NCBI GenBank assembly: GCA_041743525.1 | Contig: JBGTMN010000035.1 | Span: 1-55,372 of the forward strand | Length of the DNA stretch: 55,372 bases | Direction: 5' to 3' | From: Candidatus Saccharimonadales bacterium | GTDB lineage: Bacteria > Patescibacteriota > Saccharimonadia > Saccharimonadales > UBA4665 | Part shown: one piece after another, positions 47,559-55,372 of the stretch | Numbering within the stretch: the stretch's first letter is position 1 | How the letters are laid out: every line of letters begins with the position of its first letter | Made by a program: the position numbers and the translations under genes | Notes under the pieces: model-generated | What the model was told of the DNA's origin: nothing | Databases searched by the model: none | What the model saw: the letters and a program-made list of their open reading frames with translations, nothing else

Positions 47559-48905
47559 TCATCGGCTCATAAGCGACGCTTCGGTGTCCATTATCAATTT
47601 CATGATCCGCTGCTTTTCTATGGTTGTCATGTTTTCATGGTGCAGAATGTCGCGCGCACGGAGTAATAACGCGTGAATGGCCGGCTTGCGGTCGTCGAGA
47701 GTGATTTGCATCGCCAGGCGCTGTAGTACGCTCAAGAGAACTTCGGTAACGTGGGGCTGGTTTTTGGCTTCAATTTGAATCTCATCGAAGCTGGCGGATA
47801 CGAAATCATCCCAGGTTGGTTGGTTCGAATGCAGTTTGAGTGAAGAATCCGGAAATGTACGTAACGGGTTCGGGAAATCCCGGTCTGCCAGCAGAGACAG
47901 GGCATCGCCGAGGTACTGAATGCAATATTGAGCCGTCGTTTGATCGTTGATTCCGGGCGATAACCCTTTCAGGGCAATATCGACAAGTTGACGGACTGGA
48001 AACAGCGGATCCTGATTTGTGGTTCGGCGCTGATCGATAATAATCGCCGAGGCTATCTGTTCCTGCTCTGTTTTTCGCAGTTTTTCGCTCCCGAAAACAG
48101 TTACTAACAATTCGCCATGCAACACGAAATCGCCAATCTTTGGATTAATATTGATAAGTCGGACGCGTTGCAGGTCTGAACGTCTGATAATATCCTCTTC
48201 AATTCGGGATACGAAACCGCCGGCCGGGGCGTAAATGTCAGTAGTTATTTCATTTTTTTTCGCTCTCAATGTTTCCTGCGGTTTGTGTATGGGGACCTGA
48301 TTTCCGATTTGTTCCGGATAGAGCGTTTCTATTTGTTCGAGCAGATCGCCGTGCACCCGCTTGATAATAGTGCCGGCTTGCAGTGAAGTTGCGATATGAC
48401 TTATGTAATAAATAAGGAATCCTATACATATGAACGCGAGCAAGACGGCCGTCGTAACCGCCAGGGAAGGCACGAAACCCGCAGCTCCGTTTTCATCGGA
48501 ATCCCGTACGGACTGCAATACAAGCAATGAGTATATGAAAGTTGCCAAATAGGTACCCAGCACCAATTGATTGCCTTTGTCAGAGGTGAAAGCTCGAAGG
48601 ACTCGCGGCGTAAACTGCGCCGATGCCTGCTGCAGGGCGATAACCGTCAGTGAAAATGCAATAGAAATGACGGTGATGACGGAACCGGCTATCGTGGCCA
48701 AAAGATCGCGAGCTGCACCTGCGTCGCCACCGAAAAGCCATCCTGTCGCTGCTTTTATGGCATCGTCGTATTGTCGGTCAACGATCAAAAGCCCGAAAGC
48801 CATGATTGTTGCGACCGTGACGAGGATGGCTGGTAAAAACCACAAGCTGGATTTGGCATTCTCCCATTCTGTTTCTATGCGTGCGGCGAGAGATCGGTGT
48901 GTCAT
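47559..48905 (-). CDS. DUF2254-like membrane protein
   Basis: N-terminal ...SLWFLPAILVTVATIMAFGLL plus three more TM helices, then an approximately 250-aa soluble domain. Family call is from memory. Confidence 0.55.
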   Translation of the reverse strand: MTHRSLAARIETEWENAKSSLWFLPAILVTVATIMAFGLLIVDRQYDDAIKAATGWLFGGDAGAARDLLATIAGSVITVISIAFSLTVIALQQASAQFTPRVLRAFTSDKGNQLVLGTYLATFIYSLLVLQSVRDSDENGAAGFVPSLAVTTAVLLAFICIGFLIYYISHIATSLQAGTIIKRVHGDLLEQIETLYPEQIGNQVPIHKPQETLRAKKNEITTDIYAPAGGFVSRIEEDIIRRSDLQRVRLININPKIGDFVLHGELLVTVFGSEKLRKTEQEQIASAIIIDQRRTTNQDPLFPVRQLVDIALKGLSPGINDQTTAQYCIQYLGDALSLLADRDFPNPLRTFPDSSLKLHSNQPTWDDFVSASFDEIQIEAKNQPHVTEVLLSVLQRLAMQITLDDRKPAIHALLLRARDILHHENMTTIEKQRIMKLIMDTEASLMSR

Positions 48906-49255
48906 ATTTTAATTCTTCCGTTTACAAGATGTGTAATCGGTTTAATTATAAGAGATGTAATTCTTGGTCGCAGTATGATATTTTGCCTCGGACAAAGGGG
49001 GTGGGTGACGCTACTATTAGCCAATTAAAGGCCGAGAAGATGACGACGGAGTATGAGGTTTGAGTTAAAAGTCATGTCAACACGTTTAACCAGACAGCCA
49101 TAAAATAGTGGCCGCTTATATAGATTGCAGGAGGTTGGAGTTTAAACGCTCCATTTTTTATTTTGGTGAAGTAGTCGGCGCTTACTATGAAGTAGGAATA
49201 TTCACATTAGCGCCATTTAATGCTACTATTCATGGTAAAGCAGGAGTGGAACAAT

Positions 49256-49594
49256 ATGGATAAATCATCAGAGCGACGGCTAGTCGAAAATGAACTTTTG
49301 TTTCGTGATGCCAACACGAAAGTCCAGGAACGGGTCAAATTAGACAACCGCTCGCACCAGATACCCAAAAATTTAAAATTACATTTTTACTGTGAGTGCT
49401 CTAATTTCCATTGCCGTGACCGTATTATGATAACCGCTACGGCTTATGAGCGCGCCCACAAAAGCAGATTTCATTTTATTACGCTTCCTGGGCACGAGAA
49501 CGCTGCTGTCGAAAAAATAGTTGGCGGCAATCATGTGTATACCGTCGTAGAAAAATTCATCGATCCGGCAAAAGTGGCAGCCGGCAGATCTTAA
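49256..49594 (+). CDS. Small hypothetical protein
   Basis: AGGAG lies about 9 nt upstream of ATG 49256. 112 aa with a Cys/His cluster (HFYCECSNFHCRD). Confidence 0.5.
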   Translation: MDKSSERRLVENELLFRDANTKVQERVKLDNRSHQIPKNLKLHFYCECSNFHCRDRIMITATAYERAHKSRFHFITLPGHENAAVEKIVGGNHVYTVVEKFIDPAKVAAGRS

Positions 49595-49693
49595 TAGCAG
49601 TTTGTTGAGTCGGTAGCAAATCGATAGCCGTTTTTGAACAGAAAATATTCTGCCGAACCGTATCTGATATAATAATGGCTGACCGAAAAATAT

Positions 49694-49770
49694 GCCGATG
49701 TAGCTCAGCTGGCTAGAGCACCGCTTTCGTAAAGCGGGGGTCGCGGGTTCGAGTCCCACCATCGGCTCCA
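49694..49770 (+). tRNA. tRNA-Thr (anticodon CGT), CCA encoded
   Basis: Acceptor GCCGATG/CATCGGC, D-arm TAGCTCAGCTGGCTAGAGCA, anticodon arm CCGCT-TTCGTAA-AGCGG. Confidence 0.85.
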
Positions 49771-49935
49771 CGTCCGAACTGACTGCAGCCTAGCCTGGAA
49801 TTTTCGAAATCAATCCGAAAATTCCTGCCAGGCCTTCGACGTTCTCCTTCCAATTTCGCAACCAGCTGCAAGCTGCTTGGTTTACGAAATTGGGTCGAGC
49901 TTAGCCGAATTTGGTTTTCCAGCACATTCTAATTT

Positions 49936-50010
49936 GCGGGTATCGTATAGTGGCTAATATGCGACCTTCCCAAGGTCGAGAGGAGAGTTCGATTCTCTCT
50001 ACCCGCACCA
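49936..50010 (+). tRNA. tRNA-Gly (anticodon CCC), CCA encoded
   Basis: Acceptor GCGGGTA/TACCCGC, anticodon arm CGACC-TTCCCAA-GGTCG, T-arm GAGAG-TTCGATT-CTCTC. Confidence 0.9.
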
Positions 50011-50163
50011 TTTTTACTATGTTCAATATCAGTATCTTTACTAAATTTAACAAATTCTGTTTTTAAGCTTAAGAGACATAACATACTTTCTTTATGTCAT
50101 TACAAATGTAAATACGGTAGTAGTGATGTCGAGCCTCTTTTCGTTTATTTTCGGGCTGTCGTT

Positions 50164-50574
50164 CTACTGCAGAACAATTTCAGCGTTCTGAATGTTTTCA
50201 CCAGTAATTTGGACTGAATTCGCGCTCGGCTGCAAAGCATTGGTTGTAGCACCTGAGATCTGAACAGTGTTTTGTGCAGGTTGCAATAGGCTTACATTAT
50301 TGGGTTGTAGGATTTGTGTAGCTCGTCGAGTTGAATTGACGTTATCGACAGCAAGAGGACGGGCCTGAGGCAAAGCCGTAACCTTGATGCTTAAAGGCTC
50401 AGTTGTTTGAATTGGTTGAGTAAGTGTAGTTTTTGTTGCTGGAGCAGAAGAGACGATATAGCTGATTGCTAATACAGAGCTAATGCCGATTACTAGTAAA
50501 ATTGCTAGTAGGGCTTTGCTTGTAGCGATATTTTGTATGCTGAATGGATTGTTAGCGCGAGTTATGGTATACAT
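50164..50574 (-). CDS. Membrane-anchored hypothetical protein with short LQP...VQI repeats
   Basis: One TM helix (ALLAILLVIGISSVLAISYIV). C-terminal repeats LQPAQNTVQISG / LQPSANSVQITG. Confidence 0.5.
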   Translation of the reverse strand: MYTITRANNPFSIQNIATSKALLAILLVIGISSVLAISYIVSSAPATKTTLTQPIQTTEPLSIKVTALPQARPLAVDNVNSTRRATQILQPNNVSLLQPAQNTVQISGATTNALQPSANSVQITGENIQNAEIVLQ

Positions 50575-50875
50575 GAAAAACCTCTAATCTATTACTGTTA
50601 CGGTGACACACGCCATGTAACATGATTTCTATGATAATTACTTGAACATCTTAACATAAACATGATAAAATGTCAATAATAATACATCATAACATGCTTA
50701 TCGGTCAAAAAATGCGAAATCTATAACAGGGGTGTCAGAGTTAAATTAAATAAGCTTTTATTTTAAAAACTCAGTAATATAGTCCTAGTGTTATAACTTA
50801 AAATCAACTAGTAAGTGAGTTCCGTAATCCACCTGTATAAGTCCGCCGGTGGGTGATACAATAGAGCTAACTCTT

Positions 50876-51232
50876 ATGACGATTCCGAAGACATATCTCC
50901 ATGATCGGCTGATACTGCTGCTGGTAAGTGTTAACGCATTTCTGGCGGTGCTTACCAGCTTGCTACTGCTTTTACGTTTGGACAGTGGTAGAAGCACCGG
51001 CTATATCGTGCAGTACCGCTCAAATGTCGGCATCAGCTCACTGCGTGCAGGTGATGCATCGGAGCTCGTAGCATTTGCCATTTTTGCTTTACTCGTAGCC
51101 GGATTCCATATCGCGCTGAGCATACAGGCCTTTCCTATTCGCCGTCAGGTTTCGGTGTTTATTCTGGGGCTAGGTGCGATACTGCTCTTACTGGCACTTA
51201 TAGTAAGTAATGCTCTTTTGACGCTCAGGTAG
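50876..51232 (+). CDS. Small polytopic membrane protein upstream of the glycosyltransferase
   Basis: Three hydrophobic helices. Stops 4 nt before the GT2 start. ATG 50876 is preferred over GTG 50849. Confidence 0.55.
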   Translation: MTIPKTYLHDRLILLLVSVNAFLAVLTSLLLLLRLDSGRSTGYIVQYRSNVGISSLRAGDASELVAFAIFALLVAGFHIALSIQAFPIRRQVSVFILGLGAILLLLALIVSNALLTLR

Positions 51233-51235
51233 GTT

Positions 51236-52864
51236 ATGCGTAAACAAGATATTGAAATACCATTCAAAGAAGACCGGGATTGGAAATATCGGATTTTCGA
51301 GATTATGCCTGGTGCTTTTAGTTGGACACTGTTATTTACGCCGCTCATGTTGAGTCTTATAAATGTGACGGTCGCTTCGATCTTCATACTTGTCTATTTG
51401 TTGATATTTTTCGCGAGGGCAGTAGGAGTAAATCTTCGGGCACTACAAGGGTATCGAACAATGCAAAAGCACCGCAAATTGCCGTGGAAACTCCTGAACG
51501 ACGAACTTATCAGCGGCGATGTTGATCCTAATGGTATTCGTCCTGAGTGGCATTTCGACAATGTTCAGCGTATAAAAAACGGGACGCATCATTTTCGGCC
51601 CGAAGAAGTCATACATGCCGTGTTTATAGCGACATACAACGAGACCAAAGAAGTTTTAGAGCCAACTATCCAATCAGTCATAGACTCTGATTTTGACATG
51701 AAGAAGGTTATTCTTGTCCTGGCGTACGAAGAGCGGGGCGGAGAAAAGGTAGAAGAGCAGTCCGAGGCGCTCATGAAAGAGTACAGCGGAGTATTTTTGC
51801 ATGCGATGGCCGTCAAGCATCCGCGTGATATCCCTGGCGAACTCAAGGGTAAAGGCGGTAATATTACCTACGCCGCGCGGATTCTTGAGCAGTATCTCAA
51901 AGACGAAGACATCGATCCTATAAAGGTGATGGTTACGACGCTCGACGCCGACAACCGTCCAGACAAAAATTATCTGGCAGCACTTAATTATGTCTATAGC
52001 CTGTATCCCGATCCGGCTCGTGTGTCCATTCAGCCGATATCTATGTACACCAATAATATCTGGGATGCCCCGGCACCGATGCGCGTCATTGCCACCGGTA
52101 ATACGTTCTTTAATATCGTATTGTCGCTTCGCCCGCATATGCTCCGGAATTTCTCGGCTCATGCTCAGGGTATGGCTTCACTCATCGAGACAGATTACTG
52201 GAGTGTCCGCACTATTGTCGAAGACGGTCATCAGTTCTGGCGCTCATATTTCCGTTTCGACGGCAATTATAAAGTTATACCTTTGTACGTGCCGATTTAT
52301 CAGGATGCGGTGTTGGCAGATGGTTACTTGCGAACTTTTAGGGCGCAGTTCGTACAGCTCAGAAGATGGACTTGGGGAGCTTCTGATATTGCGTATGTTA
52401 TCAATAAGGGGTTCTTCAACAAGAATAAAGTGCCGTTACATAACCTTATACCGAAAACCTTACGTCTGATAGAAGGGCATGTGACTTGGGCGGTCGCGCC
52501 GCTTATCGCATTGACGGCCGGATTCATTCCTGCGCTCGTTCACTCCGACAGCTATACGGCGACCGAGCTACCGATTATAGTCAGCCGCATACAGACGGCC
52601 GCGCTTATCGGACTCTCTGCTTCATTGTTCATATGTTTCAAGACGCTTCCTCCAAAACCGGCACGGTACAAACGCCATCGTACATTGTTCATGGTACTGC
52701 AGTGGGTATATCTGCCGGTCACTACGATTGGTTTCAATTCTTTCGCGGCTCTCAATTCACAGACCCGCCTTATATTCGGGCGATACTTGGATAAGTTCGA
52801 CGTCACCGAAAAAGCTGTCGTAGCGCAAGATGGCACGGTTGTATCCAAAGACACCAAAGAATAA
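51236..52864 (+). CDS. Membrane-embedded family-2 glycosyltransferase (processive synthase-like)
   Basis: N- and C-terminal TM helices. TLDADN (DxD) and QLRRWTWG (QxxRW) motifs. Confidence 0.75.
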   Translation: MRKQDIEIPFKEDRDWKYRIFEIMPGAFSWTLLFTPLMLSLINVTVASIFILVYLLIFFARAVGVNLRALQGYRTMQKHRKLPWKLLNDELISGDVDPNGIRPEWHFDNVQRIKNGTHHFRPEEVIHAVFIATYNETKEVLEPTIQSVIDSDFDMKKVILVLAYEERGGEKVEEQSEALMKEYSGVFLHAMAVKHPRDIPGELKGKGGNITYAARILEQYLKDEDIDPIKVMVTTLDADNRPDKNYLAALNYVYSLYPDPARVSIQPISMYTNNIWDAPAPMRVIATGNTFFNIVLSLRPHMLRNFSAHAQGMASLIETDYWSVRTIVEDGHQFWRSYFRFDGNYKVIPLYVPIYQDAVLADGYLRTFRAQFVQLRRWTWGASDIAYVINKGFFNKNKVPLHNLIPKTLRLIEGHVTWAVAPLIALTAGFIPALVHSDSYTATELPIIVSRIQTAALIGLSASLFICFKTLPPKPARYKRHRTLFMVLQWVYLPVTTIGFNSFAALNSQTRLIFGRYLDKFDVTEKAVVAQDGTVVSKDTKE

Positions 52865-52890
52865 TCCGGTTACTTTATTCGGCTCATGGC

Positions 52891-53316
52891 TCATTTTCGA
52901 GGGCGTTCAATTGTAGTAGAATGAAATGCTTTATAGTGTGTTGCTGCTGAAGTATCGAAACGAATCATGATGGCATGAACTTCACTCGTCAGTTTATGTA
53001 CGTCGATACTTCCAGATTGAATATGTGGATTTATGCGGCTGATAGCAGTTGCCGTCAAAGCCTGAGCGTCGGGCAGGGCAGAAGATCGATGCTGACAACT
53101 TTTATAAATGCTGAGAAACAGTTTGTCGCGCTGAAACGGTTTAAACGAACCATCAAAATATTGTACGACCCACGTTTTTTCGTGATCGACGTGTTCCTGG
53201 GTGCTGAATAACGCGCCGCAGTCATTACAAAGTCTCCGTCTCCAGACATTGTTTATTTTTTTCTGTAAACGAGAATTTGTGACACTCGTTTTACCGGAAC
53301 AATATGTACAAACCAT
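52891..53316 (-). CDS. nrdR: Transcriptional repressor NrdR
   Basis: From ATG 53316: MVCTYCSGKTSVTNSR...RRRLCNDCGALFSTQE zinc ribbon followed by an ATP-cone. Confidence 0.85.
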   Translation of the reverse strand: MVCTYCSGKTSVTNSRLQKKINNVWRRRLCNDCGALFSTQEHVDHEKTWVVQYFDGSFKPFQRDKLFLSIYKSCQHRSSALPDAQALTATAISRINPHIQSGSIDVHKLTSEVHAIMIRFDTSAATHYKAFHSTTIERPRK

Positions 53317-53455
53317 AGCTATATATTGACATCTAGCTATCAAAAAAGCTAGTGGATAACTAATAAAAGTCTGTGGAGAGGCACTGCAACTCTAAAGCGT
53401 GGTCCACACTATTATCCGAAAATTTTTTGAAAGGGGAGGAATATCTTAGGAACAC

Positions 53456-53487
53456 AAAAACTCCGGGTCTGTTTATAGAACCCGGAG
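53456..53487 (-). terminator. Intrinsic terminator (minus strand)
   Basis: On the minus strand: CTCCGGGT, 11-nt loop, ACCCGGAG, followed by TTTTT. Confidence 0.6.
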
Positions 53488-53512
53488 CATACGGAATGTC
53501 TAAGACTGTTTG

Positions 53513-53626
53513 TTACTGCTGAGGATCAAGACGTCGCCGCCTGATTCTGTTGCTTGGTCCCGATGAAGATACTTCCTCGTAAAATAACTGGAAACTATCT
53601 AATACCTGAAGCTGGTCAATATTCAC
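53513..53626 (-). CDS. Possible 37-aa small protein
   Basis: GTG start 6 nt after AGGGG. Product (M)NIDQLQVLDSFQLFYEEVSSSGPSNRIRRRRLDPQQ. A terminator lies 26 nt downstream. Confidence 0.25.
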   Translation of the reverse strand: MNIDQLQVLDSFQLFYEEVSSSGPSNRIRRRRLDPQQ

Positions 53627-53780
53627 CAAAAACCCCTGTTTAACCTATGTATCCTATCATAACGGCAACATATATGTCAATAGTCCACGGCATTTGTAAA
53701 GGTTGTGCTTAATTTGCGCGACGGTGTACACTGTAAGGTTGTCATTTCGCGGCTGTTACGCTATAGTTTGATGTTGAAAC

Positions 53781-53857
53781 GGGTGATTAGCTCATTTGGC
53801 TAGAGCGCCGCATTGACGTTGCGGAGGTGGGAGGTTCGAATCCTCCATCGCCCACCA
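53781..53857 (+). tRNA. tRNA-Val (anticodon GAC), CCA encoded
   Basis: Acceptor GGGTGAT/ATCGCCC (one G:T pair), anticodon arm CCGCA-TTGACGT-TGCGG, T-arm GGAGG-TTCGAAT-CCTCC. Confidence 0.9.
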
Positions 53858-53994
53858 CGATATCTTTGTCAGGAATTCATTATAAGCTCCGAAAGGAGTT
53901 TATTTTATATACGCAACGCGCGTCTCCTGTATCCTGGCAGTAAGACACCGTGCAACATCTGCCTGCGCACCGGATCACTTAAAGGAGCCCACCA

Positions 53995-54753
53995 ATGAAA
54001 GAAACCAAGATATCCATTCCGCTGTCGGATCCTACGTATGAAATATACGGTATTCTTCGTGCCGAAGATAATAAGCGACCGATTGTCGTGCTTTGTCATG
54101 GGTACGGCGGGCATATGAACGAAACCTTGCTGTACATGGCGGCCCGTTATTTCGATAAACATGGTTTTGATACGCTCAGGCTGAGTATGTACGGGGGCGG
54201 CGAACATGCCCGAAACATCAGTCGAAGTGATGTCATGACTCACGCCGCAGATATAGATTCGGTTGTGGGATATTTAAAGGATTCAGGGTTTGAGTGGGTA
54301 GGCGTGACGGGGCATAGCTATAGCGGGATGGCAATAGTATATAGCTCTAGCCAGCAATTCGATGCAGCCGCAATGTGGGATCCGAGCCACACGGATGGTT
54401 ATGATGATCCGCAGGCCATCGAAAACCTTGAAAAAGATTTCGTATTTGTTGACGAGATTCAGGCTTACGTGTCTGGGATTCATGCAGGCTATGTATATGC
54501 GAAGACAGTTTTTGATAATCGATATGTATCGAGTAGCCCGGCGGCGTCTCGTTTCAAAATACCTACTCTTGTATGTAATGCCAGTTGGAGCAAAGACATG
54601 AAACATTACGGCAGAACCTACGCCGATACAATTGCAGCTCAAACAAAACATGTCGTTATTCCGGATTCTACACATCCATTCTTGGAAGATGGCGTACCAG
54701 CAAAGCTTTACCGGGAAACTGTCGAGTATTTTAAATCGACGCGTAACGGGTAG
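53995..54753 (+). CDS. Alpha/beta-fold hydrolase
   Basis: HG-type motif VVLCHGYGG, nucleophile elbow GHSYSG, C-terminal ...DSTHPF. Confidence 0.75.
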   Translation: MKETKISIPLSDPTYEIYGILRAEDNKRPIVVLCHGYGGHMNETLLYMAARYFDKHGFDTLRLSMYGGGEHARNISRSDVMTHAADIDSVVGYLKDSGFEWVGVTGHSYSGMAIVYSSSQQFDAAAMWDPSHTDGYDDPQAIENLEKDFVFVDEIQAYVSGIHAGYVYAKTVFDNRYVSSSPAASRFKIPTLVCNASWSKDMKHYGRTYADTIAAQTKHVVIPDSTHPFLEDGVPAKLYRETVEYFKSTRNG

Positions 54754-55372
54754 TTACACTGTATCTTTCCGGAGTGAAGTTCAAGACCAATTGGAGCCGG
54801 CGAACATTATTGAACAAAAAATGTATACCTATTAATTAAATTATTGATAAAATCAACAGAGGTCAAGACGACAGTATTTGTGTTTGGATACTGAATTATT
54901 ATAATAAATTCCATCAAAAATAGCTCGTAATTTTGAGCCGTGACGAGCAGGAATTTTTATCCTGGGGGCTTAGAGGGTCATTTCGTACGAAAGATCAGGA
55001 TACTCTACTGGAATTAATACTTCATGAGGTACGAGAAAAATCATTGTACGACGTTGTATGTAAAAAGATAATCCGTAACATATAAAGCATCGAAAGCTAA
55101 ACCATTACAAAATATAAAGTAGTTCGGTTATGTGAACTTATGTGTTCATAAGCTAAAAATGGAACCCAAATCTAACCATGAGCAATTTTCATACAAACCA
55201 CTTTTGTATACAATGTATTCATGGGAATCAATCAAGAATCCTATGAACTTTGATTCAAAACATAAGCTACTGGCTTGGTCTTCATACAGACTTCCCCAGC
55301 GGTTTTAACGCCATAAAAGGTATAGTTCAAAAAAACTTATCCCCATGTGCGTATGTAAGAAAAACAATACAC

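Noticed and set aside
49379-49925. 130-aa and 70-aa minus-strand ORFs spanning tRNA-Thr and the Thr-Gly spacer.
   Set aside because: They run antisense through a tRNA gene and through hairpin-rich spacer DNA, with no SD.
51674-52469. Overlapping 162-aa (minus) and 159-aa (plus) ORFs inside the GT2 gene.
   Set aside because: The frame carrying the DxD and QxxRW motifs explains the region. The others are out-of-frame shadows.

Overview
Gene-dense chromosomal segment using the standard genetic code, with mid-range GC (not computed). The content suggests a monoderm Candidate Phyla Radiation / Saccharibacteria (TM7)-type bacterium. That assignment is inference only, based on a secretin-less type IV pilus locus, giant G/T/S/N-rich surface proteins, many membrane-anchored hypotheticals, very few regulators and tRNAs with encoded CCA.

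Left to right:
(1) 1-7551: an all-hypothetical six-gene minus-strand surface-protein operon. It starts with a large partial ORF that is missing from the supplied track.
(2) 8915-15007: an F-type ATPase operon, epsilon-beta-gamma-alpha-delta-b. The slot normally holding subunit c is occupied by a 293-aa fusion protein, and no a or c gene is present.
(3) 15126-15227: a 33-aa mini-prepilin ORF. 15429-17819: an orphan PAS histidine kinase.
(4) 17830-34554: a 17-kb type IV pilus locus with pilMNO, pilB, pilT, pilC, major pilin, pilD, two separate minor-pilin/PilX-like sets and two poly-proline adhesin candidates.
(5) xer recombinase, ndk, two secreted proteins flanking tRNA-Arg, a PH-domain membrane protein and a parvulin PPIase.
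(6) tRNA-Asp followed by an att-like scar, then a pupylation module: Pup ending in GGQ plus a shortened PafA/Dop-family protein. An ABC exporter and a tandem deoxyribosyltransferase-like protein sit beside it, and the block is bracketed by 25/28-nt direct repeats.
(7) DUF2254-like membrane protein, tRNA-Thr and tRNA-Gly, a GT2 glycosyltransferase, nrdR, tRNA-Val, an alpha/beta hydrolase and an AT-rich non-coding tail.

No CRISPR array, rRNA, transposase or reverse transcriptase was seen. All homology calls come from motif recognition by eye and need HMM or structure confirmation.
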